Origin: an uncultured Eubacteriales bacterium
GTDB taxonomy: Bacteria > Bacillota > Clostridia > RGIG6154
Assembly: GCA_964492155.1 (NCBI GenBank)
Contig: CAZBJD010000003.1
Coordinates: 1-43,104, forward strand
DNA length: 43,104 nucleotides
Reading direction: 5' to 3'
Under the pieces are notes generated by a model. The model did not search any database, was not told the origin of the DNA, and saw nothing but the letters and a program-made list of their open reading frames with translations. The number at the start of each line of letters is the position of its first letter. Position 1 is the first letter of the stretch. Shown in pieces: positions 24,731-32,813 of the stretch. The position numbers and the translations under genes are program-made.

Positions 24731-26260
24731 GTGAACGGGCTTTACCGGAAGGCACTTGAAATTGCAAAGAGTGCCGAAAGCTCGGTAATAGAAATTCCTA
24801 AAGAAGAAAAACAAGAGCTTATTTATTACTTAATCGAGTGCGGAGGATACTTTGCCACACAGGATGAAATAAAAAGGCTTGAGGCTTCGGGAATTAAAAA
24901 TGCCGACAGTTTAAAGGCTGTGTTGTTTAAAATGAATGCGATTACAAGCCTTGAACATAAATTCATTATTTATGATGCCAAAGATATGGCAATCAGCGGT
25001 TTTAATGTTCCTTTTATAGGGATAAAAACCGTACAAAAATCTGAAAAAAGGAGCGCTAAAATGGACATAAATCAGGATAAAATTCAAGCAATAGTTCAGC
25101 AGGTCTTGTCTGAAATGGGCGGCTCAGTACCGACTGCGAAGGCTGCAAGCGGCGATATTCCGAAAACAAGCCGTGCTGCAATGCTTACAAAGCTTGAAAA
25201 TTACGAAATTAAAGAGTTCCCAATTCCTGAGCTTGGCGATGACGATATTCTTGTCAAAGTTGAAGGTTGCGGAGTATGCGGAACAGATGCGCACGAATTT
25301 AAACGCGATCCCTTTGGTCTTATCCCTCTTGTTCTCGGTCACGAGGGCACAGGCGAGATTGTGAAAATGGGCAAAAACGTTAAAAAGGACAGCGCAGGCA
25401 AGCCTCTTAACATAGGCGACAAGGTTGTTACCTGTATGATTTTTAAAGACAACCCTGATATCACAATGTTTGACTTGAACAAGCAAAACGTTGGCGGTGC
25501 AGACGTTTACGGACTTCTTCCCGACGATGATATTCACTTAAACGGTTGGTTTGCAGACTACATAGTAGTTCGCGGCGGCTCAACAGTATTTAACGTAAGT
25601 GATTTGGACCTTGACTCAAGAATTTTAATCGAACCTTGTGCAGTTTTAATTCACGCAGTTGAACGTGCAAAAACAACAGGAATTTTAAGATTTAATTCAA
25701 GAGTTGTAGTTCAGGGCTGCGGTCCTATCGGACTTATCTGTATCGCAATCCTGCGTACAATGGGTATTGAAAACATTGTTGCGGTTGACGGTGAACAGAA
25801 ACGTCTTGACTTTGCAAGAGAAATGGGTGCAACAGGCACAGTTAACTTCAAAGACCATAAGGGTATTGAAGCACTTGCAGGTGCAGTTGAAAATGAATTC
25901 GGCGGTTATCTTGCTGATTTTGCTTTCCAGTGCACAGGTTCACCGGTTGCTCACGCAAACATCTATAAGTTTATAAGAAACGGCGGCGGACTTTGCGAGC
26001 TCGGATTCTTTATAAACGGCGGTGACGCTACAATCAATCCTCACTTTGACATTTGTGCAAAGGAAATCACAACGGTTGGTTCTTGGGTTTACACTTTAAG
26101 AGATTATGCTACAACATTCGATTTCTTAAAGAGAGCAAAGGGTATCGGTCTTCCGATGCATAAGCTTATTACTCACAAGTTCCCGCTTGAGCAAATCAAC
26201 GAGGCTCACATCACAAACCTTAAGATGGAAGGCCTTAAAATAGCAATAGTAAATAATTAA
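24731..26260 (+). CDS. Zn-dependent MDR alcohol dehydrogenase fused to an unassigned about 110-aa N-terminal region (alternative internal start at 25061)
   Basis: MDR motifs GCGVCGTDAHEF, GHEGTGEIV and GCGPIGL (Rossmann). GTG 24731 is 7 nt after GGGGAGG. The in-frame ATG 25061 is 7 nt after AAGGAG and is directly followed by the EP-like helix DKIQAIVQQVLSEM. Confidence 0.8.
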   Translation: MNGLYRKALEIAKSAESSVIEIPKEEKQELIYYLIECGGYFATQDEIKRLEASGIKNADSLKAVLFKMNAITSLEHKFIIYDAKDMAISGFNVPFIGIKTVQKSEKRSAKMDINQDKIQAIVQQVLSEMGGSVPTAKAASGDIPKTSRAAMLTKLENYEIKEFPIPELGDDDILVKVEGCGVCGTDAHEFKRDPFGLIPLVLGHEGTGEIVKMGKNVKKDSAGKPLNIGDKVVTCMIFKDNPDITMFDLNKQNVGGADVYGLLPDDDIHLNGWFADYIVVRGGSTVFNVSDLDLDSRILIEPCAVLIHAVERAKTTGILRFNSRVVVQGCGPIGLICIAILRTMGIENIVAVDGEQKRLDFAREMGATGTVNFKDHKGIEALAGAVENEFGGYLADFAFQCTGSPVAHANIYKFIRNGGGLCELGFFINGGDATINPHFDICAKEITTVGSWVYTLRDYATTFDFLKRAKGIGLPMHKLITHKFPLEQINEAHITNLKMEGLKIAIVNN

Positions 26261-26279
26261 TTTTAGGAGGGTATAAATC

Positions 26280-26555
26280 ATGGCAATGGAAGCATTAGGT
26301 ATGATTGAAACAAGAGGTCTTACTGCAGCAATTGAAGCAGCAGACGCAATGGTAAAAGCTGCTGAGGTTACACTCATCGGCACAGAAAAAATCGGATCAG
26401 GACTTGTAAGTGTTATGGTTCGCGGCGATGTTGGAGCTGTTAAAGCTGCTACAGAAGCCGGCTCAACATGTGCTCAGAGATTAGGTGAATTGGTTGCAGT
26501 TCATGTAATTCCAAGACCGCACGCAGACGTTGAAAAAATTCTCCCTAAATTCTAA
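26280..26555 (+). CDS. BMC-H shell protein (PduA/EutM type)
   Basis: Canonical sequence [55 protein letters not shown]. Confidence 0.92.
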   Translation: MAMEALGMIETRGLTAAIEAADAMVKAAEVTLIGTEKIGSGLVSVMVRGDVGAVKAATEAGSTCAQRLGELVAVHVIPRPHADVEKILPKF

Positions 26556-26570
26556 TCTGAGGTGAGATAA

Positions 26571-26948
26571 ATGGCAACATCTAAAAAGACAACTAAAGCT
26601 GCTGCTCCAAAAGCAGAAGCTAAAAAAGAAACAAATATTATAGTTGAATCTGTTAAGGAGGAAAAGAAGATGGCATTAGAAGCATTAGGTATGGTAGAAA
26701 CAAGAGGTTTGGTAGCTGCAATCGAAGCTGCTGACGCAATGCTCAAAGCTGCAAATGTTCAGCTTTTAGGCACAGAAAGAATCGGATCAGGCTTGGTAAG
26801 CGTTATGGTTCGCGGCGATGTTGGAGCTGTTAAAGCTGCTGTTGAAGCAGGTCAGGCAAGTGCTCAGAGACTTGGTGAAATCATTGCTACACATGTAATT
26901 CCAAGACCTCATGGTGATGTTGAAAAAATTCTTCCGTCACTTAAATAA
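26571..26948 (+). CDS. BMC-H shell protein (PduA/EutM type) with possible 33-aa Lys/Ala-rich N-terminal extension
   Basis: The BMC domain starts at the internal [13 protein letters not shown] (ATG 26670, SD AAGGAGG 8 nt upstream). The upstream ATG 26571 also has an SD (GAGGTGA). Confidence 0.88.
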   Translation: MATSKKTTKAAAPKAEAKKETNIIVESVKEEKKMALEALGMVETRGLVAAIEAADAMLKAANVQLLGTERIGSGLVSVMVRGDVGAVKAAVEAGQASAQRLGEIIATHVIPRPHGDVEKILPSLK

Positions 26949-26965
26949 TCAGCTGTCAAATATAT

Positions 26966-26993
26966 GGGTTGCCGCGTAAAAACGCGGCGACCC
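26966..26993 (+). promoter_or_regulatory. GC-rich intra-operon stem-loop (11-bp stem) without a U-run
   Basis: GGGTTGCCGCG-TAAAAA-CGCGGCGACCC with one G-U pair, located between the second BMC-H gene and the BMC-P gene. Confidence 0.6.
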
Positions 26994-27021
26994 TGATGAT
27001 AGTATAACGGAGGTAACTTAA

Positions 27022-27279
27022 ATGATTATCGGTAAGGTAATAGGAAGCGTTGTTTCCACAAGAAAAAATGAAAATTTGGTTGGAAGCAAATTTATGATTA
27101 TAGAACCTGCTTACAAGACGGGTAACGGCAATATTATTGCAGTTGACAATGTTGGTGCAGGTATCGGAGAATATGTTTTGGTTGCAACAGGCAGTGCGGC
27201 AAGAATTGGCTGCAATATGGCATCAAGTCCTGTTGATGCAGCAATCGTCGGAATTGTGGACGACGGAGCAAATCTTTAA
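27022..27279 (+). CDS. pduN: BMC-P pentameric vertex protein (EutN/PduN/CcmL family)
   Basis: MIIGKVIGSVVSTRKNENLVGSKFMII...VDNVGAGIGEYVLVATGSAAR is typical of EutN/CcmL. Confidence 0.9.
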   Translation: MIIGKVIGSVVSTRKNENLVGSKFMIIEPAYKTGNGNIIAVDNVGAGIGEYVLVATGSAARIGCNMASSPVDAAIVGIVDDGANL

Positions 27280-27316
27280 GATTTTTTAAAGCTTTACGAA
27301 AGGAAAGTTGACTTTT

Positions 27317-28648
27317 ATGACATTTGATGAACTTAGCACAATACTAAAAGACAACGGAATAGTGGGTGCAGGCGGCGCCGGATTTCCTACATATGCAAAG
27401 CTTTCCCAAAAGGCTGATACAATTATTTTAAACTGTGCAGAATGCGAACCGCTTTTAAAACTTCACAGACAGGTTTTGAAGAAAAATACTGTTGAAATTT
27501 TTGACACGCTTTGCCTTATTGCAGAAGTTTTAGGTGCAAATGACATTGTAATTGCAATCAAAGAAGCCTACAAAACCACATTGCAGGCTGTACGCAATAC
27601 ACTTCCTGCATACAAAAATATCAGACTTTCACTTCTTCCTGAGGTTTATCCTGCAGGTGACGAAGTTATGATTGTTTACGAAACAACAAAAAGAATTGTG
27701 CCGCCGGGTAAAATTCCGATAGCGGTCGGTGCAATAGTTTTTAACGTTGAAACAGTTTTCAACATTTACAAGGCAATTGAAAAAAAAGAGCCTGTTACAT
27801 ATAAGTATATTACTCTGGCAGGCGAGATTGAAAAACCTATTACGGTTAAGGCTCCCATCGGTATAACCTTTGACGAAGTTCTGAAAAAAGCCGAGGGGCT
27901 TACAGTAGAAGATTATGCACTTATTTGCGGCGGTCCCATGACGGGTACGCTTGCAACAACAAGTGATGTTGTAACAAAGACAACAAATGCAATTCTGGTT
28001 TTACCGGAAGACCATTACATTATAAATAAAAAGAATTCAAACAACAAGCACAATATGAAAAGAGCTATGAGTGCATGCTGTCAGTGCAGAATGTGTACTG
28101 ATTTGTGCTCGAGGCATCTTTTAGGTCACCCAATTAAGCCCCATGAGTTTATGAGAGCGGCTACAAGCGGTGATACAAGAAAATTAGAACCGTTTTTAGA
28201 TACAATGTATTGTTCAGGCTGCGGACTTTGCGAAATGTATGCGTGTCAGCAGGGATTGTCCCCGAGAACGCTTATTGCAGAGTATAAAGCGGGCTTGAAA
28301 GCAAACGGAATCAAGCCTCCGGAAAATGTAAAATCTGAAGGAGTTAATCCTTTAAGAGCGTTAAGACAGGTTCCCAAGGCAAGGGTGAAAAACAGACTCG
28401 GACTTTCCAAGTATAACAGAGCTGCACCCATAGATGAAGAAATTATAAAGACAGATAAAGTTAAAATAAAGCTTTCTCAGCATATCGGTGCACCTGCAAA
28501 AGCCGTTGTGAAAAAAGGCGACAAGGTTGAAGCAGGTCAGCTTATAGCAAAGGCGGCAGAAAATGCACTTTCGGTAAACATTCATGCTTCAATTTCAGGC
28601 ATCGTTGCCAAGGCAGATGAAAACTTTATCATTATTTCAGCAAATTAG
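27317..28648 (+). CDS. pduS: PduS-like flavo-iron-sulfur oxidoreductase (RnfC/NuoF-related)
   Basis: NADH/FMN motif GAGGAGFPT and two 4Fe-4S motifs (CCQCRMCTDLC, CSGCGLCEMYAC). An RnfC_N-type barrel-sandwich motif (QHIGAPAKAVVKKGDKVEAGQLIAK) sits at the C-terminus. ATG at 27317; the ORF track starts at TTG 27308. Confidence 0.85.
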   Translation: MTFDELSTILKDNGIVGAGGAGFPTYAKLSQKADTIILNCAECEPLLKLHRQVLKKNTVEIFDTLCLIAEVLGANDIVIAIKEAYKTTLQAVRNTLPAYKNIRLSLLPEVYPAGDEVMIVYETTKRIVPPGKIPIAVGAIVFNVETVFNIYKAIEKKEPVTYKYITLAGEIEKPITVKAPIGITFDEVLKKAEGLTVEDYALICGGPMTGTLATTSDVVTKTTNAILVLPEDHYIINKKNSNNKHNMKRAMSACCQCRMCTDLCSRHLLGHPIKPHEFMRAATSGDTRKLEPFLDTMYCSGCGLCEMYACQQGLSPRTLIAEYKAGLKANGIKPPENVKSEGVNPLRALRQVPKARVKNRLGLSKYNRAAPIDEEIIKTDKVKIKLSQHIGAPAKAVVKKGDKVEAGQLIAKAAENALSVNIHASISGIVAKADENFIIISAN

Positions 28649-28665
28649 AAAGGGCGTGAATCAAT

Positions 28666-29214
28666 ATGAGTAAGGCAATCGGTATGGCAGAATACCAGAC
28701 AGTTTCTACAGGTATTCAGGCAGCGGATTTAATGGTTAAAACCGCCCTTGTTGATATTATAGAGGCACAGACGGTTTGCCCGGGTAAGTACATAGTAATT
28801 ATCAAAGGCGATTTAAGTGCAGTTAAGGCTGCAGTTGAGGCAACAAAAGTGCAGTTTGAAAAAGAGCTTATTGACAGCTTTGTGCTCGGCAATCCGGATG
28901 AGTCGATTTTCCCCGCAATTTACGGTTCCAACGAAATTGAAAATCCAAGTGCACTTGGTGTTATGGAAACATATTCTGCAGCGTCTATGATAGTTGCGGC
29001 GGATATAGCAGCAAAAACCGCAGAGGTTCAGCTTATTGAACTTCGCTTAGCACGGGGAATGTGCGGAAAATCTTATATGTTAATTACCGGTGAGGTTGCG
29101 GCAGTTACTGCTTCAATCGAACACGCAAAGCAGGAAATCGGCGAAAAGGGAATGTTCTTAAACAGCTCGGTTATCCCCAGTCCTGATGAAAAAATCTGGG
29201 CTACCGTGCTTTAA
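28666..29214 (+). CDS. pduT: PduT-like tandem-domain BMC-T shell protein with pore cysteine (Cys38)
   Basis: Two BMC domains in 182 aa, colinear with Salmonella PduT. The TVCPGKY motif places Cys at residue 38, the position of the PduT 4Fe-4S ligand. Confidence 0.88.
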   Translation: MSKAIGMAEYQTVSTGIQAADLMVKTALVDIIEAQTVCPGKYIVIIKGDLSAVKAAVEATKVQFEKELIDSFVLGNPDESIFPAIYGSNEIENPSALGVMETYSAASMIVAADIAAKTAEVQLIELRLARGMCGKSYMLITGEVAAVTASIEHAKQEIGEKGMFLNSSVIPSPDEKIWATVL

Positions 29215-29255
29215 GCCATTGGTACGAATAAAATCTTATGTGAGGTGCTAAACAA

Positions 29256-30656
29256 ATGGAATTAAATGAAAAATACATCCAGGAAATAGTTGAAAAAGTA
29301 GTGTCAAGCGTAAAAAGCGAAAACGGCATCGTAAGAGGCAAACAACTTAAAGGTGTTTTTGCTACAATGGGCGAAGCACTCGCTGCAGTTGACAAGGCTT
29401 ATAAAGAATTTAAGGGCTACAGCGTGGCTCAGCGTGAAAAAATGATTGCTAAAATCAGGGAGCTGACCTTGGCTGAAGCTGAAAATATGGCTGTCTTAGG
29501 TGTTGAAGAAACAGGGATGGGCAGGGTTTCGGATAAAATTATCAAGCATCAGCTTGTTGCTGAAAAAACTCCCGGAACTGAAGATTTAAGACCGGAAGTT
29601 ATTACAGGCGATGAGGGACTCACACTTGTTGAAATGGCACCTTACGGTGTTATCGGAAGCATTACTCCTTCAACAAACCCGTCAGAAACTGTTATTTGTA
29701 ATACAATGGGTATGATTGCAGGCGGAAACGCAGTTGTATTCAATCCCCATCCAAACGCATGTGATACTGCAAACTATGCAGTTGACCTTGTAAACAGAGC
29801 AATTTTAGAGGCAGGCGGTCCTGAAAACTTAGTTGTATCAGTTGCAAAGCCTACCAGAGAATCATCAAATGAAATGATGGCTTCTCCTGTTGTAAGAATG
29901 CTTGTTGCAACAGGCGGTCCGGGTGTTGTTAAGGCTCTTTTGTCATCAGGCAAAAAGGCAATCGGTGCAGGTGCAGGTAATCCTCCTGTTATTGTTGACG
30001 ATACCGCCGATGTTGAAAAGGCAGGTGCTGATATTGTTAAAGGTGCAAGCTTTGACAATAATCTTCCCTGTATCGCTGAAAAAGAATGTTTTGTATTTAA
30101 CAATGTTGCAGACAGACTTATTAATTCAATGACCGGAAACGGTGCATATCTGATTAAAGGTGCAGATATAGATAAACTTGTTAAAGTTGCTCTTGTTGAG
30201 AAAGATGGTAAATACTCAATCAACAAGAAATTTGTAGGCAGAGATGCTTCTAAATTCTTAAAGGAAATCGGAATTGATGCAGATCCCAGACTCATTATCT
30301 GCGAAACTGATTTTAACCATCCTTTCGTTCAGGAAGAGCTTATGATGCCCATACTTCCCATTGTAAGAGTAAATAACATTGACGAAGCTATCGAGCTGGC
30401 AGTTAAAGCTGAACACGGAAACCGTCATACAGCTCATATTCACTCTAAAAATGTTGACCATCTTACAAGATTTGCAAAAGCGGTTGAAACAACAATTTTT
30501 GTTAAAAATGCTCCGTCATACGCAGGTATCGGTGCAGGCGGCGAAGGTTATACGACCTTTACAATTGCAGGCCCTACAGGTGAGGGATTAACTGCTGCTC
30601 ACTCATTTACAAGAAGCAGAAGATGCGTTATGGTAGACGGATTGCACATTGTTTGA
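29256..30656 (+). CDS. pduP: CoA-acylating aldehyde dehydrogenase (PduP/EutE type) with N-terminal encapsulation peptide
   Basis: Catalytic Cys context NNLPCIAEKE and the GAGAGNPP motif. The N-terminal amphipathic helix is YIQEIVEKVVSSV. Confidence 0.9.
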   Translation: MELNEKYIQEIVEKVVSSVKSENGIVRGKQLKGVFATMGEALAAVDKAYKEFKGYSVAQREKMIAKIRELTLAEAENMAVLGVEETGMGRVSDKIIKHQLVAEKTPGTEDLRPEVITGDEGLTLVEMAPYGVIGSITPSTNPSETVICNTMGMIAGGNAVVFNPHPNACDTANYAVDLVNRAILEAGGPENLVVSVAKPTRESSNEMMASPVVRMLVATGGPGVVKALLSSGKKAIGAGAGNPPVIVDDTADVEKAGADIVKGASFDNNLPCIAEKECFVFNNVADRLINSMTGNGAYLIKGADIDKLVKVALVEKDGKYSINKKFVGRDASKFLKEIGIDADPRLIICETDFNHPFVQEELMMPILPIVRVNNIDEAIELAVKAEHGNRHTAHIHSKNVDHLTRFAKAVETTIFVKNAPSYAGIGAGGEGYTTFTIAGPTGEGLTAAHSFTRSRRCVMVDGLHIV

Positions 30657-30680
30657 TTTTGCTGAAAGGATAAATTTGTT

Positions 30681-31331
30681 ATGAAAGCTTTGGGAATGAT
30701 TGAGGTTTACAGCTTTACAACTGCAGTTTGCGTTGGCGATGTTGCTGCAAAAGCCGCAGATGTTAAGGTTATAGCCTTTGACAGAAACAGACCTATTTCT
30801 CCTGATGTTCCTGCCCCGTTGGTAATGATTGTTAAAATAGAGGGCGATGTTGCTGCTGTTAAAGCTGCAGTTGAAGCAGGTGTTAACTACGCAAAGGAAA
30901 AGGGTAAATATATTGTATCTCATATAATACCGCGTCCCGACGAGGATACTGAAAATATGGCTTATCTTATGGATATCAACAAAGATAAGTACAACAAGAA
31001 AATTCCAAAATCCTTCAGGGGTATGGAAGTTGAGCCTCCTGCAAACAAGGCGTCAATCGGACTTTTGGAGGTTCAGGGTCTGGTTGCATCAATCGAAGGG
31101 TTGGATGCAATGCTCAAGACTTCTGAAGTACGACTTGTTCACACCGAAAAAAGACTTGGCGGAAGGCTTGTTACAATTATAATCACAGGCAGCGTTTCTG
31201 CAGTAAAATCTGCTATTGAAGCAGGAAATAAAAACGCAAGCTCTTTGGGCGAAATATTCGGATGTGAAGTGATTGCAAATCCTCACGATGAGATACTTAA
31301 GTTTTTTGATATGGAAAGCACTATTGCATAA
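30681..31331 (+). CDS. Tandem-domain BMC-T shell protein (two Pfam00936-like domains)
   Basis: Domain 1 is ALGMIEVYSFTTAVCVGDVAAKAADVKV...[15 protein letters not shown]. Domain 2 is IGLLEVQGLVASIEGLDAMLKTSEVRLV...ITGSVSAVKSAIEAG. A linker of about 35 aa separates them. Confidence 0.8.
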   Translation: MKALGMIEVYSFTTAVCVGDVAAKAADVKVIAFDRNRPISPDVPAPLVMIVKIEGDVAAVKAAVEAGVNYAKEKGKYIVSHIIPRPDEDTENMAYLMDINKDKYNKKIPKSFRGMEVEPPANKASIGLLEVQGLVASIEGLDAMLKTSEVRLVHTEKRLGGRLVTIIITGSVSAVKSAIEAGNKNASSLGEIFGCEVIANPHDEILKFFDMESTIA

Positions 31332-31343
31332 AGGAAGATTTTG

Positions 31344-32000
31344 ATGGATACAAAAATTATTGAAGATGCAGTTTTAAGAGTTATAAACGAATATAACAAG
31401 GATTTAAACGGCGAAATCAAGGTAGGTGTATCACAAAGACACATTCATCTTTCGAGAGAAGATCTTGATGTTTTGTTTGGTAAAGGCTATGAGCTTACCA
31501 AAAAGAAAACTCTTATGGGAAGAGAATATGCTTCTGAAGAAACAGTTACTTTGGTTGGTCCTTCGCTTAAATCTATCGAAAAGGTTCGTGTGTTGGGACC
31601 TGTGAGGAAAGACACACAGGTTGAAATTTCAAGAACCGATACTTTTATTTTGAAAGTAAGTCCTCCTGTTCGTCCGTCAGGTCAGATTGAAGGGTCTGAA
31701 AGAGTTGTTGTTGTAGGACCTAAAGGCAGCGTATATTTAAAACAGGGTGTTATTATTGCAAACCGTCATATTCACTTAACACCGGCATACGCTGAACGTC
31801 ATAACATTAAAGACGGCGACTATGTGGATGTTATGGTTGAAGGTATTAAGCCTACAAAGTTTTTTGATGTTCAGGTAAGAGTAAGAGATGACTTTAACGT
31901 TGAAATGCACATTGATACAGATGATGCAAACTCTGCGGGAATCAAAAACGGCAGCATTGTAAAAATCGTAAGAAAGTGCGAAAACTGCAACTGTCGATAA
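31344..32000 (+). CDS. pduL: Phosphate propanoyltransferase PduL with N-terminal EP-like helix
   Basis: Duplicated PduL motifs (VGVSQRHIHLSREDLDVLFG; IANRHIHLTPAYAE). N-terminal helix is IIEDAVLRVINEY. ATG at 31344; the ORF track starts at TTG 31341. Confidence 0.88.
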   Translation: MDTKIIEDAVLRVINEYNKDLNGEIKVGVSQRHIHLSREDLDVLFGKGYELTKKKTLMGREYASEETVTLVGPSLKSIEKVRVLGPVRKDTQVEISRTDTFILKVSPPVRPSGQIEGSERVVVVGPKGSVYLKQGVIIANRHIHLTPAYAERHNIKDGDYVDVMVEGIKPTKFFDVQVRVRDDFNVEMHIDTDDANSAGIKNGSIVKIVRKCENCNCR

Positions 32001-32020
32001 GATAATTATGGGGTGATTTT

Positions 32021-32782
32021 TTGTTCGCATTAGAGCGTCAGAAAAGGATATTGGAGCTTCTGGCACAAGACGGAGCCGTGCTTGTTACAAAACTGAGTGC
32101 AGAGCTTGGTGTTACAGAAGAAACTGTAAGACGTGATTTGGAAAAACTTGAAAAACAGGAGGCACTGGTAAGGACTCATGGCGGTGCGGTGCCTGTCGTG
32201 GATTCAAATCACGAGCTTTCTTTGGAAAAAAGAAAGAATATAAATGTTGAGTCAAAAATTAAGCTTGCAAAAGAAGCGGTAAATCACATTGTGTCAGGCG
32301 ATACTGTGTTTTTGGATGCATCAACCACGACGTTTTATATTGCAAAAGAGCTTAAAAATATGAAAAATGTTACAATCGTTACAAATTCAATCAGAGTGGT
32401 AAACGAGCTTGCCGGTCAGCAGAATTTAAATGTTATTGCAATCGGCGGATATGTGAGCAATAATCAGTCACTTGTGGGAAGTATTGCACAAAATGACATT
32501 GCAACAAACTACTTTGCAAATAAAATGTTTTTCTCAAGCAGAGGCACAACCGAAAGCGTTGGAATTTTGGAAAGCAACGAACAGGAATGCGGCATAAAGC
32601 AGGCAATGATGAAAAATGCCGAGAAAAAGTATTACGTTTGCGACCGTTCAAAAATCGGCAGAGTGGGCTTTGCAAAGCTTGCACAGTTTACCGATGTTGA
32701 CTATGTAATCGCAGAAGGTCCGTTGGAGGATTCATTCAGAAGAGTTTTTGATGATATTGAAACAAAGTTAATTGAGATTTGA
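32021..32782 (+). CDS. DeoR-family transcriptional regulator
   Basis: N-terminal HTH (ERQKRILELLAQDGAVLVTKLSAELGVTEETVRRDLEKLE) and a C-terminal DeoR sugar-phosphate sensor domain. TTG start 4 nt after GGGGTGA. Confidence 0.85.
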   Translation: MFALERQKRILELLAQDGAVLVTKLSAELGVTEETVRRDLEKLEKQEALVRTHGGAVPVVDSNHELSLEKRKNINVESKIKLAKEAVNHIVSGDTVFLDASTTTFYIAKELKNMKNVTIVTNSIRVVNELAGQQNLNVIAIGGYVSNNQSLVGSIAQNDIATNYFANKMFFSSRGTTESVGILESNEQECGIKQAMMKNAEKKYYVCDRSKIGRVGFAKLAQFTDVDYVIAEGPLEDSFRRVFDDIETKLIEI

Positions 32783-32784
32783 TA

Positions 32785-32809
32785 AAAGCCACGCTTCAAG
32801 CGTGGCTTT
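32785..32809. terminator. Hairpin terminator between convergent deoR-family and Fe-ADH genes
   Basis: 10-bp stem aaagccacgc/gcgtggcttt with a 5-nt loop. The T-run is stronger on the minus strand. Confidence 0.7.
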
Positions 32810-32813
32810 CTCA

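Noticed and set aside
27317-28648. RnfC subunit of an Rnf ion-pumping complex
   Set aside because: There are no rnfD/G/E/A/B genes nearby. The gene is embedded between BMC shell genes, and its domain order is of the PduS type.
29774-30295. 173-aa ORF antisense to the aldehyde dehydrogenase gene
   Set aside because: It overlaps a strongly supported CDS entirely. Its sequence is low-complexity and Ser/Thr/Leu/Pro-rich, typical of a shadow frame, and it has no SD. The same reasoning applies to the antisense ORFs at 22082-22486, 25124-25537, 26552-26746 and 30603-30923.
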